Shown here piece by piece: positions 10,427 through 19,388 of a DNA stretch of 64,000 bases. Where the stretch lies: NCBI GenBank assembly GCA_040752575.1, contig JBFMGK010000003.1, forward strand, positions 96,001-160,000. Reading direction: 5' to 3'. The translations under genes were made by a program, and so were the position numbers. Under the pieces are notes generated by a model, which was given only the letters and a program-made list of their open reading frames with translations, did no database searches and was not told the origin of the DNA. The stretch is from Candidatus Bipolaricaulota bacterium (lineage in GTDB: Bacteria; Bipolaricaulota; Bipolaricaulia; UBA7950; UBA9294). Numbering within the stretch: position 1 is the first letter of the stretch; each line of letters begins with the position of its first letter.

Positions 10427-11881
10427 ATGAGGCGCCCAGCGGCGAGCAAGGGATGGCATCGGCTCGTGCTTCTTGGCATGGCCGGTCTGTTGACGTCCAT
10501 GACCTCTTGCACGCGTGCGCCGGCACCTGACGAGATGCTCGCCTACGGAGCAACATGGACGAGCGTTCGTCCGTCCGTGGTCTGGTGCGGGGATCGGCTG
10601 TCGACGGTGACGATCGAGACCCACGTCCAGTCTCCAAGCCGCGTCATCTCGGCGCGCATCGTCGGGCCCAACGAGACGATCTCCCTCCACGACGACGGAT
10701 CGCATGGCGACCGCGTCGCGGGAGACGGCGTGTTCACAGCTTCCGAGGTTCGTCCGTACTGCCACAGCCGGTTCACCCTGCGCTTCGAACGCTCGCTCGC
10801 GGTCTGGAGCGGCCGCCTGCTATTGACCACCGCGGACGGCAAAGTGTGGGAAGATCCTGTGCCGCTCCGTATTGGGCTCGTGAACCCCAAGTACCGCCTG
10901 AAGTCGGATGTCGCGACGTGGGGGGACGGCGTCTCGACGACCGCGAACGCGATCTTCATTCAGGATGTCGATCACCGCGTCTTCGATCGCTATCCCGTCT
11001 CCGCGACGCCGATCGACGAAGCTCTGCGCGTTGCCGCCCGGATGGTCTATCGCACTGCGCCCGACGTCTTCGACTTCCTGGTCTTGATGCCGGCGATGCC
11101 GATGTTCGCGGCCGACGGGGGCACCGAGGTCGCGGCGGCAAGCGTTCGTGTCTCCAACGATGTTCTGCACATCGGGATCCCGATCTTCAACGACGCCGGC
11201 GACTTCAGCTCGTCGGGACGCTTGCAGAGTGCGATCTTCCATTCCTTTGGCAGCCTTGACCTTGTCGACCGCGAGATCGTTCGGCGATGGGCGCCCGACG
11301 CCGGGGTTCCCCTCGGGCTTGCCCACTCCGATGCGGAGGGATGCGGGTGCTGGGTCGAGACCAGCGACATCGGCGGCCATCTTGCAGCGGCCGCGCAAGT
11401 CGACGGGCGCCTCGGCCGGCTCGTGAGCTCGGGAGAGGGGACGTGGAGCCTGACGCCCGTTCCGCAGACGGAGCCCTACGCGCCGCTGGAGATGTACCTG
11501 ATGGGACTCCTTCCCTCTTCCCTTGTTCCTCCGGTCCACATCCTCCTGGATCCGAAGGCGGCCGACTCCTCGCGCGTCACCGGCCAACAGACGCGGACGG
11601 TGACGGCCGAGGAGATCGTCGCGGCGCTGGGGGGAGAAAGGGAGCCGGCGTCGGCAAGCGGGGAACCCATCTTGTTTACGGTAGCCTTCGTCATCGTGGG
11701 TGAAGATCCGTTTGGGGACGCCGAGTACGCCTTCTACACCCTTCTTTCGTACATGCTCGCGTCGAGCGGTCCTCCGCTGGAAGGAGACCTCTTCTCTCCC
11801 TTCTCCTGGGCGACGGGTGGCAAGGCCGCTCTAGACACAGACCTTCCCTTCGCCGCTCCGCCCAGTTCGACGGAACGGTAG
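10427..11881 (+). CDS. Exported/lipoprotein with a choice-of-anchor-X-like motif and a degenerate metalloprotease-like domain
   Basis: Signal-like N-terminus ending MTSC; LHDDGSHGDRVAGDGVFTA; YAPLEMYLMGL; ATG 6 nt after TACAAT. Confidence 0.6.
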   Translation: MRRPAASKGWHRLVLLGMAGLLTSMTSCTRAPAPDEMLAYGATWTSVRPSVVWCGDRLSTVTIETHVQSPSRVISARIVGPNETISLHDDGSHGDRVAGDGVFTASEVRPYCHSRFTLRFERSLAVWSGRLLLTTADGKVWEDPVPLRIGLVNPKYRLKSDVATWGDGVSTTANAIFIQDVDHRVFDRYPVSATPIDEALRVAARMVYRTAPDVFDFLVLMPAMPMFAADGGTEVAAASVRVSNDVLHIGIPIFNDAGDFSSSGRLQSAIFHSFGSLDLVDREIVRRWAPDAGVPLGLAHSDAEGCGCWVETSDIGGHLAAAAQVDGRLGRLVSSGEGTWSLTPVPQTEPYAPLEMYLMGLLPSSLVPPVHILLDPKAADSSRVTGQQTRTVTAEEIVAALGGEREPASASGEPILFTVAFVIVGEDPFGDAEYAFYTLLSYMLASSGPPLEGDLFSPFSWATGGKAALDTDLPFAAPPSSTER

Positions 11882-11937
11882 CCGGACGAAGTGGAAGGAA
11901 CCCGGACCAGAAACCCGGCGTTCTCGCGCCGCGGGGT

Positions 11938-12813
11938 CTAGCCGCCGGACGGCGTAGCGGGCTGCGCTTCGGACTCGCTCGAAGGAGCGGTAGGGGCTAC
12001 CGTCTCCGCAGGATCGGCTGTCGCGGCTTCCTCGTCGCCGCCACTCGGCTCCGCGGGGGGCGCGGTGAGCTCGAGCCTATCGAGCACCGCGCCGAGTCCG
12101 TTCATCGTCTGAGCCTCAAGGGACCGAAGCTGCGACGACAGCGTCTCCGACGCGGCCGCCTGCGTCGCGGCGAGTTCGTCCATCTTTGCCTGCAGCGACG
12201 CCTGGCCTTCTCCAACGGCGGACCAAGCGCGTTCGGCGGTCGCCTGCGCCGCCTGAACGTCCTGAAGGGCCCGTTCAAGCCTCGCAAACGTGGACTCCGT
12301 GGACTCCGCAAGCGTACGGCTCTCCCTCCGAAGGCCCTCGATCTCCTGGCTCATGGCGCCACGTTGCACGAGAGCCTGGATCGAGAGAGCAACCAGCAAC
12401 GCGACCGAGACGCCCGCGGCTGCGAAAGCGATGGTGACGCGGCGTCTCGCGCAGGTTCCTCGTGTGCCGGGCGACCCAGCGGCCGGTCCGGGACTCGCTG
12501 TCTGGCCGTTGGACTTTCGCACCCAGGGCAAGCGAGCACGCCGCGACTCGCGCATCGCTGCCTCAATTCGCGTGCGCTCCTCGATTCGTTGCCGCTGAGC
12601 TGGAGTCGCGGGTCCCGATTCGGCGCTGCCTCGCGCCCTAGGGATGCCCGCGGTTGCCTTTCGCATCCTGTGGATTCGCCAAGGGACCTGGAGTCGGCGC
12701 GACGCCCGAAGAACGGCCTCGACTCGTTCCCGCTCGGCAATCCGCTGCATCTGCGCTCGAGTGAGCGAAGACCCCTGCACCCCCATCGACTCGCGTTGGC
12801 TTGCGTTCGTCAT
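11938..12813 (-). CDS. Hypothetical single-pass membrane protein with coiled coil and duplicated N-terminal motif
   Basis: TM segment VTIAFAAAGVSVALLVALSI, followed by an Ala/Glu/Gln-rich heptad region and a Pro/Ala-rich tail. Confidence 0.65.
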   Translation of the reverse strand: MTNASQRESMGVQGSSLTRAQMQRIAERERVEAVLRASRRLQVPWRIHRMRKATAGIPRARGSAESGPATPAQRQRIEERTRIEAAMRESRRARLPWVRKSNGQTASPGPAAGSPGTRGTCARRRVTIAFAAAGVSVALLVALSIQALVQRGAMSQEIEGLRRESRTLAESTESTFARLERALQDVQAAQATAERAWSAVGEGQASLQAKMDELAATQAAASETLSSQLRSLEAQTMNGLGAVLDRLELTAPPAEPSGGDEEAATADPAETVAPTAPSSESEAQPATPSGG

Positions 12814-12901
12814 GGCAGATCCTGTGATCGAGTCACGATAGTCGGACGGCAGGGCGAATGCAAGTCCCCGCCGGACCCCGGCGCGCAGCGCCCGTCTTGG
12901 C

Positions 12902-13147
12902 CTAGACCCGCGGGGGCCTGCGCGACGTCGGTTTGCGGTGGGATCCGCGGAAGGGTACGTCGTCGAAGAAGCCGTCGTGAAGAGCGTGTACATCCTGCAG
13001 TTCGACGGGACCTTCGTCCATGGCGTGGGCGGTCTGACGCGGCGCACGAGCCCGCTGACGTTCTACGCTCGCGCCGAAGTGGCTGTCGCCGAACGGACGT
13101 TCGTCGAGGTCTGCATCTCTCTTCGCTCTGGGGGGCTTCGTGGTCAC
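12902..13147 (-). CDS. Small hypothetical protein (81 aa)
   Basis: GTG start with GGAGG 7 nt upstream; same orientation as the downstream gene; no recognisable motif. Confidence 0.45.
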   Translation of the reverse strand: MTTKPPRAKRDADLDERPFGDSHFGASVERQRARAPRQTAHAMDEGPVELQDVHALHDGFFDDVPFRGSHRKPTSRRPPRV

Positions 13148-13395
13148 GTGTGGCCTCCATCGGGGGTCTATGCCCGTCGCAAGGTAGCCCCCAAGTCAGG
13201 GTGGGAGCGATGGAACCGGCGCGAGGGCAGGGTGCTCTTGGTGACGAGGAGAGGAGGAGAGGGACCCTCAGTCGTGATGAGGCCGTCCTCTCCTCGGGAC
13301 GCACGCGCCGACGTGGAAGGGGTCGAATGTCCTGGAGAGCTTGCCTCGGATCGGGGTTGACACCTTGGCCTCGGGGAGCGTAAATACCTATTAAC

Positions 13396-13425
13396 GCATC
13401 GCCTCCGGCGGTGCTTTTCCTTTCT
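13396..13425 (+). terminator. Intrinsic terminator-like hairpin
   Basis: GCATCGCC-TCC-GGCGGTGC followed by TTTTCCTTTCT. Confidence 0.5.
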
Positions 13426-13511
13426 CCTCGCTTCCAGGGTGTCGGGCACGCCCGTCCAGTGTATGCTCATCCACGGCGGCCGGGGCCGCCGAGAGAGACA
13501 AGGAGCGACGC

Positions 13512-13733
13512 ATGTACAACGAGGTCCGAGAGGCGCTCGACGTCGTCCGCCCGACCCTGAGGGCTGACGGGGGCGATGTTGAGTTGGTCGAGGTGACGGC
13601 CGACGGCACGGTTCGCGTTCGCCTTCAGGGAGCCTGCAGCGGGTGTCCGATGTCGACGATGACCCTGAAGAACGGAATCGAGCGGATTCTGAAAGAGCGC
13701 GTCCCCGGAGTCCGCGAGGTCGAGGCTGTCTAG
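13512..13733 (+). CDS. NifU/NfuA C-terminal-type Fe-S cluster carrier
   Basis: [15 protein letters not shown]...[29 protein letters not shown]. Confidence 0.93.
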   Translation: MYNEVREALDVVRPTLRADGGDVELVEVTADGTVRVRLQGACSGCPMSTMTLKNGIERILKERVPGVREVEAV

Positions 13734-13755
13734 CGGCTCGGTCGCGGGATCCGGG

Positions 13756-14316
13756 ATGCCCCTTAAGGTTGGGCGCGTCCCGTTGTTGACCCTTTGGGCT
13801 GCCGTTGTCGCGCGGCGCTGTGGCTACCTTGACGGAGAGGCGCTCACGTGGGGACGAGCGGTCGCCGGCCAGACGGCAGCGGCGAAAGCCAAGCGCCTGG
13901 GGTTGAGCCGCGAAGCGACGGCGTCGCGACGCCCAGTCCACGCGAGGCGGCGCGAGATCGAGCCCATCCTCGTGACGTCGTTCATGGAGCATCGCCTCCC
14001 CTGTGTCCGGACCCCCGAGGGACTCCGAACGCTGTCCAGCGCATCGGCCATCGACCCCAGCAAAGTCCGCACCTACCCCAGGGCGAAGCTCGGCGACGCT
14101 CTCGCCGAGATCGAGGGGCATCGGGAAGCCGTTGCTGCGACGTACGCACCCGAGGACCTGGAACGTCAGGCCATGAACCTGCATAGGGTCATGCGCCCTT
14201 CGGTGCCCCACGGCGAGGAGGGGTGGGGAAAGGCGGATCCCCTGGATCTCGAGACGGTAGATCGCCTCCGAGCGCCCCGAGGAGCGGCCGGCGCCGCCGA
14301 AAGGGAGAGGGCGTGA
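13756..14316 (+). CDS. Hypothetical protein
   Basis: ORF fills the gap between the nifU-like and SDR genes; its stop overlaps the next start (GTGA); N-terminal RVPLLTLWAAVVA. Confidence 0.65.
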   Translation: MPLKVGRVPLLTLWAAVVARRCGYLDGEALTWGRAVAGQTAAAKAKRLGLSREATASRRPVHARRREIEPILVTSFMEHRLPCVRTPEGLRTLSSASAIDPSKVRTYPRAKLGDALAEIEGHREAVAATYAPEDLERQAMNLHRVMRPSVPHGEEGWGKADPLDLETVDRLRAPRGAAGAAERERA

Positions 14317-15191
14317 CGAGAAGGAGACAGCGAGTGCTTGTCGTGGGAGCGTCGTCAGGCATCGGCGCAGCCTGCGCGCACCGTTTGGCCGAGGTAGGCT
14401 ACTCCGTCATCGGAACCTCTCGTCGGCCCGGCGCCACGCCGTCGGACGGGCATTGCACGGCTCTCTCCTGCTCGATCAACCTCCCGATGATTCCGATGGA
14501 CGTGGACGATGAAGGCTCTGTTGGGCGAGGCGTCGCGGCCGTCCTTGCGGGGGGACGTTTGGACGCGGTCGTGTTTTCGGCGGGGTACGGCGTTGCCGGT
14601 CCCGTGGAGGAAACGTCGGACTCCGAGGCGCGGGCCCTGTTCGAGACGAATTTCCACGGAGCGCAACGCGTCCTCCGCGCCGTCCTTCCAGCCTTGCGCG
14701 CCGAGGGCGGGGGGACCGTCGTCCTGATCTCGTCGATCGCCGGCAGGGTTGCGCTCCCGTTTCAGGGGCTCTACAGCGCCTCGAAGTTCGCCCTTGAAGG
14801 CATGGCGGAAGCGCTCCGCATGGAAGTGCGGCGCTTTGGGGTGCGTGTCGTTCTTGTGGAGCCCGGCGACTTCCGAACGTCGTTCACCGACCGGCGCCGC
14901 TACGCAAGCGGGATGGCCGAGACCAGCGCCTATCGTGAGATGGCGAACCGAGTGCTGGCGATCGCGGAGGCTGACGAGCGCGCGGCGCCGACGCCGGAGG
15001 CTGTGGGTCGTTGCGTCGAACGGATCCTCTCGCGGCGCTCGCCTCGCCTGCGCTACACCGTGGGGGCGCCAGTTCAGAGACTGGCGGCCGGGCTCAAGCG
15101 GTTCCTCCCCGGGGCCCTCTTCGAGTTCCTGCTTCGGGGGACGTACCACGTGGACCATCGCACCGCCCCATCGCGCAAGGAGACCCCGTGA
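14313..15191 (+). CDS. SDR-family oxidoreductase (candidate 3-ketodihydrosphingosine reductase)
   Basis: VGASSGIG Rossmann motif, SSIAG, catalytic YSASK, VEPGDFRT; translationally coupled to the next gene. Confidence 0.88.
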   Translation: MTRRRQRVLVVGASSGIGAACAHRLAEVGYSVIGTSRRPGATPSDGHCTALSCSINLPMIPMDVDDEGSVGRGVAAVLAGGRLDAVVFSAGYGVAGPVEETSDSEARALFETNFHGAQRVLRAVLPALRAEGGGTVVLISSIAGRVALPFQGLYSASKFALEGMAEALRMEVRRFGVRVVLVEPGDFRTSFTDRRRYASGMAETSAYREMANRVLAIAEADERAAPTPEAVGRCVERILSRRSPRLRYTVGAPVQRLAAGLKRFLPGALFEFLLRGTYHVDHRTAPSRKETP

Positions 15192-16411
15192 ACGACCTCT
15201 TTGCCAAGTGTCGGGCCTTCGCTGCCGATCCTGCCCTGGCGCAAAGCATGGGGTACCCGACGAACCCCCGCCGAGCCAAGGAACTGGGGCTCTATCCTTT
15301 CTTCGTGCCTCTCGATGAGACCGAAGGAACGGAGGTGTCGGTTGCCGGGCGGCGTCTGTTGATGCTGGGCTCCAACAACTACCTTGGTCTCACCATGCAC
15401 CCTGAGGTCCGCGAAGCGGCTGTACGTGCCACGCAGAAGTTCGGGACGAGTTGCACGGGATCGCGTTTCCTGAACGGAACGCTTGCTCTGCACGAGGAGC
15501 TGGAGAGACGACTCGCAGCGTTCGTCGGCAAGCCTCGCGCCCTCGTGTTCAGCACGGGGTACCAAGCGAACCTCGGCGTTCTCTCTTCGTTGCTCGGCCG
15601 GAACGACGTTGCGGTGTGCGACAAGGAAGACCACGCGAGCATCGTCGACGGTTGCCGGCTCGCCATGGGGCGAATGGTGCGTTATCGCCACAACGATCTT
15701 GACGACCTCGATCGGGTCTTGTCCGCGTGCCCGCGCGTGGCGGCGAAGCTCGTCGTGGTCGACGGCGTCTTCAGCATGGGCGGCGAGATCGCTCCGCTTC
15801 CGGACATCCTTCCCGTATGCCGTAAGCACGAAGCCCGGTTGCTTGTGGACGACGCTCACGCCGTGGGCGTGCTCGGCGAAGGACGCGGCACGGCGGCCCA
15901 CTACGGGGTGGCCGATGATGTAGACCTGATCGTCGGGACCTTCAGCAAGTCCCTCGCGTCGATCGGGGGCTTCGTCGCCGGCGACGAAGAGCCAATCGAG
16001 TGGATCCAGCATCTCGCCCGTTCGCTGATCTTCAGTGCGAGTCTCCCTGCACCGAACGTCGCCGCGGCACTGGCTGCGCTCGCTGTTCTCGAGCGAGAGC
16101 CCGATCGTGTCCTGCGCGTCAACGCCCTCGCCGATCGCGTGCGCGACGAGCTTCGCACCTTGGGCTTCGACGTAGGCGAGAGCCGGACGCCGATCGTTCC
16201 CATCTTCATCGGCGATGCCATGGACGCCCTCAAGGCGTGGCGAACGCTGTTCGACGCCGGGGTGTACGTGAACGTCGCCATTCCGCCCGCTGTGCCCAGC
16301 GGGAAAGCTCTTCTCCGAACGAGCTACATGGCGACGCACAGCGAGGCGCAGATCGATCGTGCCCTCGAGATCTTCGCCCGTGTTGGACGTTCGCTCGGCC
16401 TGCTTGGCTGA
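15188..16411 (+). CDS. Alpha-oxoamine synthase, serine palmitoyltransferase-like (BioF/Kbl/SPT family)
   Basis: LYPFF, MLGSNNYLGLT, GTSCTGSRFLNGT, STGYQANLG, DHASIVDG, DDAH and PLP lysine in GTFSKSLASIGG. Confidence 0.88.
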   Translation: MNDLFAKCRAFAADPALAQSMGYPTNPRRAKELGLYPFFVPLDETEGTEVSVAGRRLLMLGSNNYLGLTMHPEVREAAVRATQKFGTSCTGSRFLNGTLALHEELERRLAAFVGKPRALVFSTGYQANLGVLSSLLGRNDVAVCDKEDHASIVDGCRLAMGRMVRYRHNDLDDLDRVLSACPRVAAKLVVVDGVFSMGGEIAPLPDILPVCRKHEARLLVDDAHAVGVLGEGRGTAAHYGVADDVDLIVGTFSKSLASIGGFVAGDEEPIEWIQHLARSLIFSASLPAPNVAAALAALAVLEREPDRVLRVNALADRVRDELRTLGFDVGESRTPIVPIFIGDAMDALKAWRTLFDAGVYVNVAIPPAVPSGKALLRTSYMATHSEAQIDRALEIFARVGRSLGLLG

Positions 16412-16429
16412 TGCCCAAACGGGCTGGGT

Positions 16430-17413
16430 CTACGCAACGCCTTCAGGAAGAGTGATCGCGAACCGGCACCACGGGTCTCCGGCGAGAACGGTCCCCAAGA
16501 CTCTGCTCTCGAGTGACCGGCCGAAGATCACCTCATACGGCTTGCGATGGAAGGCCGCGCTGCAGTTGCAGAACGACCTTGGGACAGCCTTCTCGTCGTG
16601 CTGAAGCGACTCGCGCGCCCACGGGCAGTGGCAGTAGAGATAGGCCCTGCGTCCAGCGTTGCTCTCGCGGAGGTATGCGGCCGCCATGTACGGAATCTTC
16701 GCCTCGACCAGCACGTTGCCCACGCGCACGCCCTGTCGGATCTCCGGGTGCTCTTCGACGTAGGCGATGACCTCGTCGGTGACCGGCTGCGTGTAGTAGA
16801 GAGATCCCTGGTCCCGGATCTCGCGCAGCTCGGCGATGAACCGATCCCCCTTACGCCGTAGGTACTCGTCGATACCTCCGGCCTCCTCGAACAGCGTGCG
16901 TTCGTGGACGTAGGCCTCATTGGGGAGATCTCGCAGTCCCTGCCCAAAGATGCTCGCAGCACGGTTGCGGCCCAGCAGGATCTCCAGACGTTCAGCGACA
17001 ACGCGCATTCGTCTTGCGCGTTCGAGGTTCGAGACGTCGAATTCCGGGATCTCGACTCCCGAGAACGCTTCGTCGCGGAGCGCCTCTCCCGCCTCGTCCG
17101 CAACCTTTTGATGCAGGTTGCCCATGACTTCGTGTCCGTCCAGGGTCTCGATCAGGGTAAGGTAGGCGTCGCGGTTGCCAAGGAATCGCTCGTAGCGAGC
17201 GACGGCGAGCAGGGCGTCGACCGTCGCCTCTCCGCGTCCGGCGAGAGCCGCGACAAACGACCGCGCGCAAGCCGCCGTTGCCTCTCTCGCCGGCCGGCCG
17301 ACTACGGTCTTCGTGAGGCGTTCGAACGCCTCAGCGAGTCCGAAGGACCGCTCGATAGTGTCGTCCGTCGCGTGGCGGGTCTTGAGGTACGCGCGGAATC
17401 CTTCTCTGTCCAT
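16430..17413 (-). CDS. Cys-rich DUF6144-like hypothetical protein
   Basis: C-terminal YCHCPW...FCNCS...WCRF Cys cluster; ATG 17413 follows GGAGGAG. Confidence 0.7.
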   Translation of the reverse strand: MDREGFRAYLKTRHATDDTIERSFGLAEAFERLTKTVVGRPAREATAACARSFVAALAGRGEATVDALLAVARYERFLGNRDAYLTLIETLDGHEVMGNLHQKVADEAGEALRDEAFSGVEIPEFDVSNLERARRMRVVAERLEILLGRNRAASIFGQGLRDLPNEAYVHERTLFEEAGGIDEYLRRKGDRFIAELREIRDQGSLYYTQPVTDEVIAYVEEHPEIRQGVRVGNVLVEAKIPYMAAAYLRESNAGRRAYLYCHCPWARESLQHDEKAVPRSFCNCSAAFHRKPYEVIFGRSLESRVLGTVLAGDPWCRFAITLPEGVA

Positions 17414-17499
17414 GTCTCCTCCCAACGAAGAGACTCGGCAACTCGCGTCTCGCCAGCGTTCCGAGTTTGCCCCAACCCTGCGTGAAGTACACTACCGCC

Positions 17500-18246
17500 A
17501 TGTGCCGCATGGTTGCAGCTCCTGAGGGGATCCCCGGCTACGCTCTTCTGGATGCCTTCGTGCGCATGGCTCGCGGCGAGAATGTGGAGACCGAGAAGAA
17601 CGCGCCGCTCGGTTGTCTTCGTCACGGCGACGGCTGGGGCGCAGTCCTGCTCGACTCTGGACGGGCACGAAGCGGTCGCGCGTGCTGGGACGACCCAGGG
17701 TTCAGGAGTCTTCGCAACGAACGCGTCCAGCTGCTTCATGCTCGACTTGCATCGCGCGGCGCCGTCGATGCGTCGAACGCTCATCCGTTCACCGCGTCCC
17801 TGCGAGGCGAGACGTGGTACTTCAGCCACAACGGGACGTTTCTCGATGAACCCGAGGACGGGACTGCGGCGACGGACTCCGAGAGATTCTTCCGCCGGAT
17901 GGCGGTTGGCCTCGAGCGGGGAGAAGACCCGGTGACCGCGTTCGAGTTCGCCGTGGCCCGACTCGAGAGGATCACTGCGGCCAACTCGCTTCTCCTCGGG
18001 CCGACCGGGCTGTGGGCCTTCTGCGTCTGGGCGGATCCGAAGAGCGCGAAGTACTACACGCTCTCGCGGGCAGAGACTCCCTACGGCCCGGTCGTCTCTT
18101 CCGAGCCTCTGGCCGATCTCGCGACGGACTGGGTGCCGATAGAGAACGGGACGGCGCTCGTCTTCACAGCACGGGCGGACGGCGGAACGTCCACGCGCAC
18201 CACTCGGCTACGCCTTCCTGCCAGCCTCAAGCCCGCGGGGGTGTGA
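17500..18246 (+). CDS. Class II glutamine amidotransferase (EgtC/YafJ-like Ntn hydrolase)
   Basis: N-terminal MCRM (Cys2 nucleophile), HGDGWG, LHARLAS, NAHPF, HNGT and TDSE. Confidence 0.9.
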   Translation: MCRMVAAPEGIPGYALLDAFVRMARGENVETEKNAPLGCLRHGDGWGAVLLDSGRARSGRACWDDPGFRSLRNERVQLLHARLASRGAVDASNAHPFTASLRGETWYFSHNGTFLDEPEDGTAATDSERFFRRMAVGLERGEDPVTAFEFAVARLERITAANSLLLGPTGLWAFCVWADPKSAKYYTLSRAETPYGPVVSSEPLADLATDWVPIENGTALVFTARADGGTSTRTTRLRLPASLKPAGV

Positions 18247-19300
18247 ACCGGATGACGACGATGTCTCCGTCCTGAACCTCGTAGTCGCGACCCTCGATCC
18301 TGCGCCGACCGGCCCGGGCCACGGCGTCTTCGGAGCCGAGGGCGAGGAGGTCGGTCGTGGTGACGACTTCCATGCGGACGAAGCCCCGTTCCATGTCGGT
18401 GTGGATGCGTCCGGCGGCCACGGGCGCCTTGTCGCCCTTTCGGCAGGTCCAGACGTGGACTTCGCGCTCGCCGGCGGTAAAGAAGTCCACCAGGCCAAGT
18501 TCGCGGTACGCCGCATGGATCACGCGCTCGATCGACAGCTCGGCGAGGCCCAGTTCTGCGAGAAACGGACCTCGTTCCTCGGCGGCGAGTTCGGTCACAT
18601 CGGCTTCGTCCCTTCCGCAGATCGAGACGGTCTCGGCCCCTTCGTCGGCTCCCCACGCGCGCAATGCCTGGACCCCCGGGCCCTCGAGTTCGTCCGACGA
18701 TGCGACGTTCGCGACGTAGAGAACGGGCTTCTGTGAGAGCAGGTTGCACTCGAACACGCTCGCCCGCTCTCCCTCGCTGAGTCCCTGGCGCCGTACAGGT
18801 ACTCCATCGTGGAGACGCGCCAGAACGCGCTCGCAGTCCTCCATCTCACGCATCGCGTCCTTGTCTCCCGTTCTCGCTCGCTTCACGATTCGGTCCCGCT
18901 TGCGTTCGAGCGTGGACGAGTCGGCCGCCATCAGCTCGAGGTCGACGAGTTCGACATCATGGATGGGCGACGGCTCGCCCTCGGCGCACGCAAAAAGGCG
19001 AACGACGTGAATGAGAACGTCGGCCTCCTTGATGTGCGTTAGAGTTCGCGCGGCGCGCCCGCCGCTCGCTGCCTCGCCTTCGGCGAGACCGGGGATATCG
19101 GCCATCTCGACCGACGCGCGGACGACCTTCTTGGGCTGATAGAGGCAGGTCAGCTTCTCGACGCGGGGATCGGGCACGTCGACGACGGCGCGATGAAGCT
19201 CCGCCGCGTCGAACGACGATGCGCCGGCTGACGTCATCGCGTTGAACACCGTGGTCTTACCGCACCGTGGGCGACCGACCAAACCACAACGCAACGCCAT
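18227..19300 (-). CDS. ychF: YchF/Ola1-family ATPase (divergent)
   Basis: GLVGRPRCGKTT, VPDPR, DIPGL, KPVLYVANV, FFTAGEREV, AGRIHTDMERGF and TGS-like EGRDYEVQDGDIV. Confidence 0.88.
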   Translation of the reverse strand: MALRCGLVGRPRCGKTTVFNAMTSAGASSFDAAELHRAVVDVPDPRVEKLTCLYQPKKVVRASVEMADIPGLAEGEAASGGRAARTLTHIKEADVLIHVVRLFACAEGEPSPIHDVELVDLELMAADSSTLERKRDRIVKRARTGDKDAMREMEDCERVLARLHDGVPVRRQGLSEGERASVFECNLLSQKPVLYVANVASSDELEGPGVQALRAWGADEGAETVSICGRDEADVTELAAEERGPFLAELGLAELSIERVIHAAYRELGLVDFFTAGEREVHVWTCRKGDKAPVAAGRIHTDMERGFVRMEVVTTTDLLALGSEDAVARAGRRRIEGRDYEVQDGDIVVIRFTPPRA

Positions 19301-19388
19301 GCGAAGACCTCTCTTGCTTTGGGATACGAGCCAAGGCGAAACGCGCTCGCCGGGGAGTGTAGTCGAGTCGGATCTTGAGTCTCAACCG

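Noticed and set aside
12938..13360. 140-aa plus-strand ORF
   Set aside because: No RBS or motif; overlaps a minus-strand ORF that has a clear GGAGG and a structured intergenic region
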